Shown here one piece after another: positions 1 to 12,000 of a DNA stretch of 64,000 nt. Source of the stretch: Chiloscyllium plagiosum. Its lineage: Eukaryota. Under the pieces are notes generated by a model. That model was not told where the DNA came from. It ran no database searches and saw nothing but the letters and a program-made list of their open reading frames with translations. Both the position numbers and the translations under genes were made by a program. Location: NCBI RefSeq assembly GCF_004010195.1, contig NC_057752.1, positions 9,534,377 to 9,598,376 on the forward strand, given 5' to 3'. Every line of letters begins with the position of its first letter. Position 1 is the first letter of the stretch.

Positions 1-396
1 TCAGTGCTTGGGAGCCTCCTGTGAGGCTAGCCACGAAACGACATGACCAGCTATCCCTAGTAGCCACACACGCAGATGACAAGCAACATGAATTTGACTG
101 GGACAACACTACCATTATAGGGCAAGCGAAACAAAGAACAGCCAGGGAATTCCTAGAAGCATGGCACTCATCCACAAACTCCATCAACAAACACATCGAC
201 CTGGACCCAATATACAGGCCACTACAGCGGACAGCTGAAACTGACAACCGGAAGCGGCAGAGACAGGCCACTATAAATGCCAGAGGAAACACCACAGAAG
301 CGCTTCACAGGAGGCTCCCAAGCACTGAGGATGTCACCTCGACAGGGGACGAAACGTTTGCAACAAATTTCCAGCTCGGCGAACAGAACCACAACA
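1..396 (+). mobile_element. Penelope-like element 3' fragment (GIY-YIG C-terminus plus pseudo-LTR)
   Basis: ORF 21-416 reads ...HEFDWDNTTIIGQAKQRTAREFLEAWHS.... Bases 1-24 are the reverse complement of 305-328. Hammerhead core at 325-358. Confidence 0.85.
322..361 (+). ncRNA. Minimal type-I hammerhead ribozyme motif (Penelope family A)
   Basis: GCA-CTGAGGA-T-GTCACCT(cgac)AGGGGAC-GAAAC-GTT-TGC: both core boxes, stem II, palindromic minimal stem III and GCA/TGC stem I. Confidence 0.7.
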
Positions 397-2580
397 AGTT
401 TCAGTTCTGTTTGTGACTGCCCTTTACAATTCCCCATCACTATCACCATTTTCAGTTTTGCCAGGACTGGATCTTGCTGCGTCCAAGGTCTGATATTGTC
501 AGCTGTGACTGCGTGTCCAAAAAATTTAAAACCATTGGACTGTTCCAGTAGCAGTACCACTGGTGATGTATCTGCCAGTGAGAGGTGGCTTGGTGTAATC
601 ACGTTTGCTACTTGGTCTCCTGGATGGTGTTTCAACTTATTATGTACATTTAGTCTTAAAGCCCACTGCTGAATTTGACCTGAAGCTGTGGGTGACATTG
701 CCTTGCCTCTTTAAATAGACCTAGCAGGGGTGCGTGGTCTATTATTACAAATTTACATCCGTACAGGTATTGTTGGAACTTCCTGACTCCAAATATGATC
801 AAAAAAAGGAATGTTTGGCAATTTGGGCATATTTAAGGTCTGCATTAGCCAAAGTCCTGGATGCATACGCTATTGGGCGTTCCACTCTGTTGGCCCACCT
901 ATGAGCTGATACTATCCCAATGCCATGCAGGGAGGCATTGCATGTCAATACCAGACCTCACTTGCGATCTTAATGTGCCAACACCTTAGAGCATGATAGC
1001 TGTTTCTTCACTTGCCTGAAAGCTGTAGCTTGGCTACTCTAGCATTTCCAAGGCTCGCCCTTTTTTTTTTGTTATTAGGAATTTATGCAAATGATATAAA
1101 CCAGGTAAAGTATGAATTTTCTGTAATAATTCACCGACCTAAGCTCCAGTACAGACATGGGAGCAGGGGTCCCTTTGATCACCCTCCCTTTATCTTCCAA
1201 TGGCTGTAACCTGGTCTTTTTCAATTCTGCAGCCCATGTAGATCACTTAGGGTGCCTGGAACACACATTTTTCCCTTCTAAGGCATATGCCCGCCTTGGA
1301 GAAATATCTAAAGACTATGTCCAAGTTCCACAAGTGCTCCTTATTGATCTTGCTATTATTAGCACATCATCCAGATAAATGGTGACCTGGGGTAGACCTT
1401 GTCCACTGGAAAACGGCACAGGCTGACGATACGTCAAAAGGCAGTCTCGTATATTGGTACAAATCCTTACGGTTATTATTTGTAGCATACTTCTGGGAAT
1501 CCTCATCTAACCACAATTGCAGGTACGCATGGCTCCTGTCCAGTTTTGTGAAGGACAACCCTCTATCAGCTTTGTGTATGAATCCTCTATATGCAATGGA
1601 TTGGGTATTTATCCAGTTGTGAAAAGCAGTTTACCGTTTGTTTAAAATCCCTACAAAGGCGAACCAACCCGTCGAGCTTCACAATTGATACAACCAGTGC
1701 TGGCCGTTCCACTAACTGGATTGGGTTGATGATTCCTTCACTTTCCAGCCTCCTGATTTCTGCCTCTATTTTTGGACGTAAGGCAAATGGCACTGTGCGG
1801 GCCATGCAGAATCATGGATTTGCTTCCTAGTCAACATGCCAGGTGGCCTTGGTCCCTAGAACTTCCTGAAACTGTTTGTCTGAGGTTTGGCTTTGTTTTG
1901 GGGTTTTGTTGTGGCTGATCTAGAGTCTCGCTGTTCAGGATATGTCCTGAGTGAGGCGACGCGATTGCCTTCACTCAAGTGGTGTTCCCCCAAGCTCCGT
2001 CAACCTGGCAAGGGTGTCACTTCTATCAGAATACCCTGCAACTCATATGCCCCACTTGCTGCATTTTCCATTGATTTAAGGCTAGTTGAAGTGCCTGTTT
2101 GAAGTCTAGTTAGGTTTCAGCTAGTAGGTGATTTTGCACAGTCTTATCCTTTAATCCCATATACCAAACAGTATCTCAGCATCTCATTTAAGGGTTAAAT
2201 CTAAGTCACATGCCTCTGCCAGTCATCTTAACCTAACTGAAAATCTCAATATGGATTTCCCCCTCCTTGAATTGTCAAGTAAAACTAATAGCCTCCGAAT
2301 TAGAGATGACTTGAGATTGTAATATTCCTTAACTAAATCTATTAATTCTTGAAAGGATTTAGTATCTGGTGCCTCAAGGAAATTAGGCTCCCAATAACTG
2401 AAATAACTGCAAGTCCACAAGCTGTCAGGAGAATTAATCACTGCATTTCATCTACTGTAATGTCATTTGCCTGGGGGGAAAAAAATCCCACATTCTTTCC
2501 ACATACTGGGCCCAGTCTTTGACGGCAGGATCAAGAGTCAAACTTTCCAAATAATGGCATGATGTCAGAAATGCTCACCC
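397..2580 (-). mobile_element. Degenerate Ty3/Gypsy LTR-retrotransposon internal region (gag-like, RT, RNase H)
   Basis: Minus-strand fragments ARTVPFALRPKIEAEIRRLESEGII, FTKLDRSHAYLQL, YQYTRLPFDVSSA, VTIYLDDVLI and QIQQWALRL. Many frameshifts. Confidence 0.85.
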
Positions 2581-2705
2581 CAACTCCAAAGACAAATGTT
2601 TTGAGGACCATTCTTCAAGAGCATGCTTTTCTCTCTGCCACTGAAATAACCCTAGAGGCCTGTATTCTGTCACCAAGTCACTCTTTACTTGCATGTGGAA
2701 AGTCC

Positions 2706-3008
2706 TTGGGTGGCATGGGGTCTCAGCGATTAGCACTGCTGTCTCACAGCACCAGGCATCCGGATTCGATTCCACCCTCCGGGAACTGTCTGTGTGGAGT
2801 TTGCACGCTCTACCCTTGTCTACGTGGGTTTCCTCTTGGTGCTCCAGTTTCCTCCTACAGACCAAAGATGTGCAAGTTAGATGAATTAGCCATGCTGAAT
2901 TGCCCTGTAGTGTCCAGGGATAATGTGGCTTAGCCATGGAGATGGGGTGGGTTTGAGAGGATCTGGATGGACAAAATAGCCTGCTTTCCATACAGTAGGG
3001 ATTCTATG
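2706..3008 (+). mobile_element. tRNA-derived SINE, HE1/V-SINE-like
   Basis: Head tagcactgctgtctcacagcaccagg with B-box-like ggattcgattcc, core tgtgtggagtttgcac, and a LINE-shared tail ending gggattctatgat. Confidence 0.8.
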
Positions 3009-5289
3009 ATATTCTGTGACATCGATTCTGTTTCCTCAGTCAGCTCTGAGTGAACAGAACCTCTTACATGCCTGTTTCTATTTGGAAGGGCTCCATGATT
3101 GGGGCTGTCTACCTGGTCCAATCAGAACTTGTATTCTGTGAGGTCCGCCTGGCTGACCGCCTTTCAATCACTACACTCACCCAGTGTATTTCTGTTTGTA
3201 TTGACCAGGCTTTGCCTTTTTGCTTAATTCTGGTGTTGCTCCAGAATTCCTGTGTAATGGCAGGTACTCTTACACTAAGACATCAGCTCCCATTTGGAGT
3301 GGAAAGTACAGGCCAGTATATTGGTCCAAAGACTGTTGTCAAAATAACAGTGAGACTAGTTGCATTTGCTGCTATTTATTTGTAAATATTCCAGTGACTT
3401 CAATTGAAGGCAGATGCGCAATTAAATGTGCAAATCCAAGTATTTTCTTGTTTGAGATTTGTTGCTCTTGTTGTTCTTATTGTTATCTTCTCCGAAATGG
3501 CATAATGCTGTGTTTCATGATTCAAAGGCTGCATTTGTTGCCTCCTGCAACAGTAATTATTGGGGGGTGGGGGACAACCCTACAGTCCCTTTTGCGTCTC
3601 ACTGTGACGGCACAGGACTCTTCTATGGAGTGGACTGGTGCCCCTGAAATTAGAAAACACGTGACCCAGAGGAGTTCTTAGAAAGAGACTTCCATGCCTC
3701 ACTTGCTGCCCCATTCCCTGACTGAAGTGGCAAGCCTGGCAGCAAGAGAGATGGTGAGCTGGACAAAGGGAGCAGCCAGTGGGATGACCAGAAGCAACCA
3801 GAAGGCTCTGTTGCAGGGGTGCTGTGCAAGTGGTGGCTACCTTTGCCAACCATCTTGCCATTGGCAGCAGTCTGTTACTCTAATTCATCGGAGCACTAAT
3901 TGTATACAATTAATCAGAGATGTATAGTAAACCTACCACAAAAAAAAGTCACTTCAAGTCTAAGTTTGCTTTTAAGGGGAGCGATGAGTGTTCGTTATGG
4001 TGGATTAACCTCCGTGACTCTGAAAATGACTAGTGTGGAGTCTTGCTCCTTTCGGGGTTTAATTGTTTCTTTAATATCCTTTTTTTGTTTGGTATGGTTT
4101 TACACTCGTTCCAATATTTTTCATCCAATTCATGCAATTTACTGTACAAAATAACATAGTTAGGTGGATAATGGAAAATCTAATTTAAAGATGGAAACAA
4201 AGGAGAAAGTCAGCACAGATACAGTTGAGTCAACTGGCCTTCTGTGCTGTAACTATTCTGGAATTCCATGATCCCAAGAACCAGTGGTAAGATTAGTCAG
4301 AGATTAATGTACTTGTTCAAAATAAAACCAATGAAAGGTTTAGCTGTTACACCAATAAATCATGGAAAAATGGAATGTGTGCTGATTTTGTTATAAGCAA
4401 AATTGATTTGTCTTCTAGTCTGATCTCTACTGCATTGATGGCAGTGGTGAAGAGCTTGAGCATAGAAGTTAGGCTCCAGGATATTTGCTGTTAACGCTAA
4501 CTTTTCTGTTTTTGAAGTTTTAAATATCTGGATGGACCATAGCCAGATCTAGTGGACTGTTGCTAAACAACTGAGTTTTTATTTTCATTTCTGGCAACAA
4601 AGCTAATTATGTCTTCACTCTTCCAATTTGCTTTGGCTGTTGCAGGTGTAGTCACTAATCTATTAGCAAGGAGATTTGAAATAGTTGCTTACCTATCCTC
4701 ATAACAGGAGGGGTTAGCCAACTTGGTTTGCCACATATTGCAGCAAGGGATATTGTAATAAGTGTTGTTTTATATGTAGTTGGATTGTACCAAATCTTTT
4801 TTTCTCCCCCTACTTCCAACCTCCCAATGACTTTGTGATTGTTCTAAATTGTATTTAACAGTGCAAGTCTCATCTTGTTTAGTGAGACACTGGTTCTTCT
4901 AACTCTCACCAGCCTTTATGTTGCAAGCCTGGACAGGGCATATGCTTTTTCTTCTTGGTTCTTGATGTATGTAAATAAGATTCTGCAGTTGTGGTAGTCT
5001 TTGCTTTACAATAGAAAACCATAAATAGACAAATTACCATTTTAAAATTTAAAAAATTGCTTTGTAACCACAATGTACTTGTATGAAGAGTTTTCATTTG
5101 CCTCTGCCAAATATCTTTGCAGGCATTGGAAGTCATAATTTGTCAACCTGAGCAGTTATTAGTGGTGTTGAGTGGCTGCCACTGAGTAATTTGCTTATCT
5201 TTCCCACCTCTAGCTAATTTTGTGGCTCAACTCTGAAGGGTTTTTGATTGTCAACACTTGTTGTGTGGGAGCTCTGCATTACAGCAAAG

Positions 5290-5980
5290 AGAAGCCTGCT
5301 TCAGAAGGATCTGGGTGTGCAGGTTCACAGATCACTGAAGATGGCAGTGCAGGTAGATAAGGTCGTTTTTTAAAAAACAAAAGCCTGTGATATGCTTGCC
5401 TTCATTCGAAGGGGTATTGAGATTAATGAAAGGCAACTCATACTGCAGCTTTATAAAACTTTAGTTCACTTGGAATGTTGCATTCAATTCTGGTCATTAC
5501 AATACTAGAAGGATGTGGATGCTTTGGAGAGGGTACAGAAAAGGTTTAGCAGAATGTTACCTGGTATGTGGGATTTTGGCTATGAAGAAAGGTTGGATAG
5601 ACTGGGTTTGTTTTCACTGGAAAGCAGGAGGTTGTGGGGTGACCTGATAGAAGTTTATAAGATTGTGAATGGCATGGATAGAGTGGAAATTTCTCCAGGG
5701 TGGAAGGGTAAATTACTAGGGGACACAGGTTCAAGGTGCAGGGGTGGAGAGTTTAAGAGCTGTGTGAGGCAGGTTATTCAGTGTGGTGAGTGCCTGGTAT
5801 GTGGTGGCGGTAGCAGTCCCAATAGCAGTATTCAAGAAGCACCTGGACAAATACATGAATAGGAAGGGAATAGAGGAATATGGATCCTTACAGGGCAGTT
5901 TTAGTACAGAAGGGTAAATTATGTTGGCGGAGGCTTGGAGGGCAGAAGGGCCTGTTCCTGTGCTGTATTGTTCTTTGTTC
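5290..5980 (+). mobile_element. CR1/HER1-like LINE 3' fragment
   Basis: DALERVQKRFSRMLPG...RLGLFSLE.RRL.GDLIEVYKI, followed by the tail gaagggcctgttcctgtgctgt. Confidence 0.88.
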
Positions 5981-6795
5981 TCCAGAAAATTTTTTTCACT
6001 GTCCTCCCACCTTTCATTTTGAAGCATTGACTCAACAACTATTTTCATCTGTTTTATTGACTACTTTTTCCCTGTATCATGAGGCCAGGAGCAGTCACGG
6101 CCTATGCAACTTTTTTGACAGCATTGCATGCATGGCCAGACAAGTGTTGGGTAATGTTTGTGCCATATAATGCCTCCAGCAAGAGGGGCCCCAACCATTG
6201 TATGTACCAGTCATACCAACACTATGACTGGCTGCTCTGTGACAATCCTGTCATCCCTTAACCTTTTTTAAATTTTGTCCTTTTGTGGACTAAAGAAAGT
6301 GATTGAATACTCGCAACTTAACTGGATTGGTACAACCACAACAGCACTATTAAGTTCAATGACAGCCAGAATAATAGTCTATAACTATTTTCCTTGTGGC
6401 TTTTATTTTATCATAGTTGCACTATGAGAGAGGGGACCTTTTCTGTAGTGGTGGATCACTGAATAATGGTGACATTTCATCGCCCTTTTTCTGAGCCCAG
6501 TTCTGGGGTACCCTTTGCTGCTGTATCTCTGAAGGGTGTGAGGATTCAGTGGAGATTTATGAGAATGGTTCCGAGTGTGAAGGGTTTTAGCTAGATGACT
6601 GGAAAAATTTGAGATGGTTCATCCTAGAGCAAAGCAACTTGAGCGATTTGATAGAAATGTGCAAGTTTATGTTTGGCTTGGGTAAGGTAGACTTATGAGG
6701 AGAAAGTGAGGTCTGCAGATGCTGGAGATCAGAGCTGAAAATGTGTTGCTGGAAAAGCGCAGCAGGTCAGGCAGCATCCAAGGAACAGGAGAATC

Positions 6796-6823
6796 GACGT
6801 TTCGGGCATAAGCCCTTCTTCAG
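6796..6823 (-). ncRNA. Minimal hammerhead ribozyme motif (family B)
   Basis: The reverse complement reads CTGAAGA-A-GGGC(ttat)GCCC-GAAAC-GTC. Confidence 0.65.
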
Positions 6824-6946
6824 GAATGAGGAAAGTTTGTCCTTATGCCCGAAACGTCGATTCTCCTGTTCCTTGGATGCTGCCTGACCTGCTGCGCTTT
6901 TCCAGCAACACATTTTCAGCTCTGATCTCCAGCATCTGCAGACCTC

Positions 6947-7210
6947 NNNNNNNNNNNNNNNNNNNNNNNNNNNNNNNNNNNNNNNNNNNNNNNNNNNNNN
7001 NNNNNNNNNNNNNNNNNNNNNNNNNNNNNNNNNNNNNNNNNNNNNNNNNNNNNNNNNNNNNNNNNNNNNNNNNNNNNNNNNNNNNNNNNNNNNNNNNNNN
7101 NNNNNNNNNNNNNNNNNNNNNNNNNNNNNNNNNNNNNNNNNNNNNNNNNNNNNNNNNNNNNNNNNNNNNNNNNNNNNNNNNNNNNNNNNNNNNNNNNNNN
7201 NNNNNNNNNN
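6947..7210. other. Assembly gap
   Basis: Run of N. Confidence 1.
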
Positions 7211-7669
7211 CTACTTGTGGAGCGTTTCAGAGAACACCTCTGGGACACCCGGACCAACCAACCCAACCACCCTGTAGCTCCAACCAACCCAACCACCCTG
7301 TAGCTCAACATTTCAATTCCCCCTCCCACTCCACCAAGGATATGCAGGTCTTTGGACTCCTCCATCGCCAGACCACAACAAAACGACGGCTGGAGGAAGA
7401 ACGCCTGATCTTCCGCCTAGGAACCCTCGACCACAAGGGATGAACTCTGATTTCACCAGTTTCCTCATTCTCCCTCCCCCCACCTTGTCTCAGTCAAATC
7501 CATCGAATTCAGCACTGCCTTCCTAACCTGCAATCTTCTTCCTGACCTCTCCGCCCCCACCCCAGTCTGACCTATCACCCTCACATTGACCTCTTTCCAC
7601 CTATCACGTTTCTGACGTCCCTCCTCCCTACCTTTTTATCTTAGCCTGCTGGACAAACTTTCCTCATTC

Positions 7670-7697
7670 CTGAAGAAGGGCTTATGCCCGAAACGTC
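7670..7697 (+). ncRNA. Minimal hammerhead ribozyme motif (family B)
   Basis: CTGAAGA-A-GGGC(ttat)GCCC-GAAAC-GTC with a GUC cleavage triplet. Stem I is short. Confidence 0.65.
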
Positions 7698-8979
7698 GAT
7701 TCTCCTGTTCCTTGGATGCTGCCTGACCTGCTGTGCTTTTCCAGCAACACATTTTCAGCTAAGGTAGACTTATGGAAAAGTGGAAGCCAAGATGATGATT
7801 GATTTTTCCAAAGAAAATTGGACAATTTAGTTAGGAGTGGAGTGGGAATCAGATGGGTGGGAACCTCCATTTTGCATCCGACTACTTTGGATTTTTGTGC
7901 TGCTTCCTTCAGGTCCCTTCCCCTTGAAGCTGCTAATGTGGTGCAGTTACAGGCTGTGACTTCCTTCCACTGAAGTTAACATCATTTTGGCATTATTTTA
8001 TCACTGGGTGTTACACATGCAGGGTTCAGCCACTGTGCTACTTTCTGTGCTATTTAGGCATGTTAGCATTCACTGCCTGAGTTGCTGTTTTGGGAGAGCT
8101 GTTGCTATCTGCCTTTTTAAATCGTTTCTATCAGGTGCTGATCCAGATACTTCTATAGTGTGAAATGTGGTAGACTGATGGCATATGAGAAGACAGACTC
8201 TCTCTAATCCAATGGTGACCTCTGTGCATTTTTTGGATAGGTCTGCATTACCTTTTTGTTTGGATGCTGTCGGATACGGTGACATGGAGCTGAGCAAGGG
8301 AGACTCCACAGAGTCCTGGCAGATGAGATCCTGAAATACCAGAGCAAATTATACCTCTCTATGCATAATCTTTCACTTGGCATCCTGGCTGGTCTTAGAG
8401 TCAGAGATTTTACCCTCCATAATATCGGTCATTGCAACGTCTGCTGCTTGTGACTTGACTCTTAGCAAGTCCCGTTCCTTCCATGCCCCTCTGAGATAAC
8501 TGCTGCCCTCTAATTCTGGGCTGTTGTGCATCCAGGTTTTTAATTGCTCCACCATCCGAGCCATCTTGCCCAAGATCTCTTTCTGTGATTCAATACCCTT
8601 CTTATTGAGTTGCTCCTATGAAGTACCTTGGGACATTTCATTATACTAAATGTGCTATGAATACAGTTGTAACAGTCTTCACTTGCTCCCCACACAGATA
8701 TTTTTGGGGGTGTTGCAAATGTGTTAACTAAGAGCTGTAACAAGGACCTACAGATGGATTTTTCTAAGATCCAGCTGCACCACCAGGTTTGCATTGACTA
8801 GACTTGCTTTGCAAGCTCTCCATCCTGTTCTGCTGTTCCACCAGCAACAATCTAAAGCCTTGCCATGTGTTGCAAAATCATTTGTCTGCCGCAGGTTGCT
8901 TGAGCAGTGAGCTGCTGTGTGATGTTAGCAGGCAATTGACCTGATTTATGCATCCAACCAATTACTTGAATGTTGTGAT

Positions 8980-9250
8980 GTAGGGAAACATGGCCGTCCA
9001 GTTTCACACAGCAGGCTCCCACAAACGCCAGTGAGATAAATGACTAAGCATTTTTAAATAGCATTGGTTGTGGTTAAATACTGGCCAGAGCCAGCACTCT
9101 TCTTTTTTTTAATCCTGCTGAAGAGGGTAGATGGTGCTCAAGTTTTACTTCTCCAAAGGCACACCTAACAGTCCAGCACTCCCTCAATACTGCACTGAAG
9201 TGTCTACATGTAAAGAAACTTGAACCCGTGACTTGATTATGATTCTGACT
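8980..9250 (-). mobile_element. Old Deu-domain-like SINE relic
   Basis: cagcactccctcaatactgcactgaagtgtc is the reverse complement of a Deu-domain-like gacact.cagtgcagta.tgagggagtgctg segment. Recognised from memory and highly diverged. Confidence 0.45.
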
Positions 9251-9972
9251 AAACCTTGTCTTTTTTTTAAAATGGAGTATACAGCATGCCTCTGTTTGTA
9301 GTAGTCTTAAATATTTTCGTTCAGGAAATATATATAACCAGTGGCTGTAGTTTTTGGGAAGTGTAATTTACTCTTAATTCTGGAATGGTGTGGATAAACA
9401 AGCTAAAACCTTGTTTGTGGTTGCTTAATATAGTAGTATGTTGCTTTTTTTTTGCTTGACCTGCTGGACCTAATTGAGTGTGTAAGTGTGGCTGTTCTGG
9501 TTCAGTGCATAAATTTCCCATTTGGAATGGGAGTGTGACCTACAGGAGAAGGAGGCCCCAGTTCTGTCAATGGTGTGTGCTGAGTTAATGAATCTCAGCG
9601 AGTCTGTAATGGCACAACAGACCTGCTGATTGCCCCACAGAGTTGGGATGGAAATGGATCAAAATTCTGCTCCTGATCATTGGACAGTTCATTTCTACAG
9701 TTGCCCAATTGAAAGGAGGATTAACCTAGGTTGTGATATTTTCCATAGTCAACGAGCCCACTACCCAGAATATTGCAAGAATGGCTATCTGTTAATGTAC
9801 AGAACACTTTCAGTCACTGTGAAACAGGTACCTGGCCTGTGTTGGCATATTCAAGAAAAACACTTTAGGAGGGGGTAGTTGGGGAAGAGAAGCATTTTCA
9901 AAATATATCTTTTGATACCAGTCTGGTGGTATGGTCACTGCTGTATGTAACTCTGCTTCTGCTTTCTTCTAG

Positions 9973-10023
9973 ACTCCCTGGTTCTGGGACACACGACATT
10001 GCTGGTATAACTACCCCTATCAG
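9973..10023 (+). CDS. CERS5: Ceramide synthase 5, internal coding exon (TPWFWDTRHCWYNYPYQ)
   Basis: ttcttctAG acceptor, 51 nt phase 0/0, GTGAGC donor. Peptide matches the CerS5/6 PWFWD..CW.NYP.Q segment and splices in frame to the next exon. Upstream exons were not found in the window. Confidence 0.95.
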
Positions 10024-10994
10024 GTGAGCACTGAACAATGGTGATTTGGTTTTTTTTGGAAGTAAGCAAATACTAATGTTTTGTGCAATGGAGGAGGACT
10101 TACTTTTTGTCAGAATTATTTTTTGTCTCCTTTTTATGATCTGAAGTGTGTATATGCTTTTTAAAAAAAATGTAAACACAGCCCTCATTAGGATTAGAGT
10201 TTCTGGTTTCACACTGGAGTGAAACAAACATTTCACACGTGCTGAGAGCAGATGATTAATTGAGAGGAGCCAGTTTCTCTAAACTTGTTTAAAATTGGGT
10301 GAATTGGGAAATGTATTCCTCACCACTGGACTCTGTCCCCCTCGTCTTGTATTACCCCCTTTTTGTTTTTGTCCAGAAATTGACATACATTGATTATGAA
10401 TGGTGCAGATTAGTGCTATGGTTTCATTTTGATGTTAGCCAAAGGCCATCTGATTGCAATCTTTGTTTAAAAGTGGAGTGTGTTTAGAAGTGAGTTTTCG
10501 CTGAGTTCTGGGAAGTCATTTTGTGGCTTTGCTTTTGGGGTGGTAGTGGGTCAAGGTCTGATTTCAACCCAAGATGATGACCTAAGTTTTTAAAAAAAAA
10601 AAACAGAAAATGCTGGAAACATTAGGCTGGCCTGGTGACATCTTTGGATGGAAAAAGTTAATGTTCAAGCCTGATGACTTTTTTAAAATCATAACTCATG
10701 GATGAAAGTCTCTCTTAATTGATTAGAACTTGTACACCTTTTTTTTCCCAAATGTGTGTCTCTGTGCAATTCCTAATGTTGCCTATGAAATTTTTGTTTC
10801 TAAGTAATTTGGGAAGTAATAATGAAAAAATAAATTTGTGGTGTATGGAAGCCTGAGCAAGATTAATTCAATTGTATCATTAAGTGCTTGTCAGCTGATG
10901 ATATTTGTACTATTTGTACATGGGATATGTACCTTTTTATAACCGTGCTGTGAGTATATATTGACAATTAACTCTATTTTGTTCTTTCCTGCAG

Positions 10995-11087
10995 CAACTG
11001 GTGTTTGACATGTATTATTATTACATAATGGAGTTGTCGTTCTACTGGTCACTGATGTTTTCACAGTTTACCGACATTAAAAGAAAG
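10995..11087 (+). CDS. CERS5: CERS5 coding exon ([31 protein letters not shown])
   Basis: ctttcctgcAG acceptor, 93 nt, GTAAGC donor. Contains the [25 protein letters not shown]-domain motif. Confidence 0.97.
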
Positions 11088-11689
11088 GTAAGCACCTGCC
11101 AGCCTATTGAGTTGAGTTTGAACCATCAGGGTAGTTTCGATCTGAGGTAGCCAGTAATTGCAGCTAATTGTAAATACTGTCCCCATTGCAAACTAGTCTA
11201 ATTTAAACTACGTATTGAGAACCACAGTCCAATAACTCATTGTGTTCTGTTAATTAACTTGTTTAAATAAAGCTGATGGTGTTATATTCCTTTACAAAAG
11301 TTATTTTAATAACCCTATTTGGATTTGGTGCAAAGCAAATTGAGACTCTGTCAGTGGGCCTGAAGTAAGGTTGCCTTCCAAGATTTCTCTACTTAAAATC
11401 TACTTTTAAACCGAGTACTGGTTCTTTTTTTTAAATCCATGGCTCTTTCGTTGAGTAAGCTGACTTGATGTGCTGTATTCTTCAGGAATAGCTCTAGCAC
11501 AATTGGAGCAAGTTGAATGTGACAAAGTTGGGGGATTTTTTTTTTTAAAACCTTGCTCTTGACTGTATTATAGCTATCTACTTAAATACTGTTTCATGTT
11601 TTTCTTGTTCTTGGTCGGGGCCTCAGTGCTAAAGAATTTTTTTAATATTCAATATAATGCAATCAATGTCAACAGCACATAGTAGACTG

Positions 11690-12000
11690 TATGTGATATA
11701 CAGTATAGGCCCTTCAGCCCATTGAGTCTGTGCCTGTCAAAAACAAGCACCTTAACTGTTCTAATGCCATTTTCCAGCATTTAGCCTTGTATATCTTGGC
11801 ATCACCAGTGTACGGCTAAATACTGCTTAAATGTTATGAGGGTTTCTACCTCGACCACCTTTTTTGGTGAAACAACTTTTCTCTCCTCTCATCCCCACGA
11901 AACCTCCTGTCCCAGACCTTTAAAATCTCCAGTCCAGGCATAATCCTGGTGAATCTCCTCTGCATCCTCTAATGTAGATTCCAGAACAGCACACAACACT
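11690..12000 (-). mobile_element. CR1-like LINE 3' relic
   Basis: Reverse tail aggcccttcagcccattgagtctgtg and cataatcctggtgaatctcctctgca. Confidence 0.65.

Larger units (their letters stand above)
6698..7759 (+). mobile_element. Penelope-like element (family B) with inverted terminal repeat, spanning an assembly gap
   Basis: HPVAQHFNSPSHS...RRLEEERLIFRLGTL (GIY-YIG C-terminus). Flanked by the 15-bp duplication TAAGGTAGACTTATG (6683-6697 and 7760-7774). Confidence 0.88.

Noticed and set aside
2559..4154. Cluster of 60-150 aa ORFs as host genes
   Set aside because: They overlap SINE and other repeat-like debris, with no recognisable protein family or exon structure.
6545..6600. cagTGGAGATTT as the missing upstream CERS5 exon (WRF...)
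   Set aside because: The downstream translation does not match WRFTFYL, and the sequence is a CR1 relic.
7254..7305. 26-bp tandem repeat as a functional element
   Set aside because: A simple duplication that frameshifts a dead Penelope ORF.
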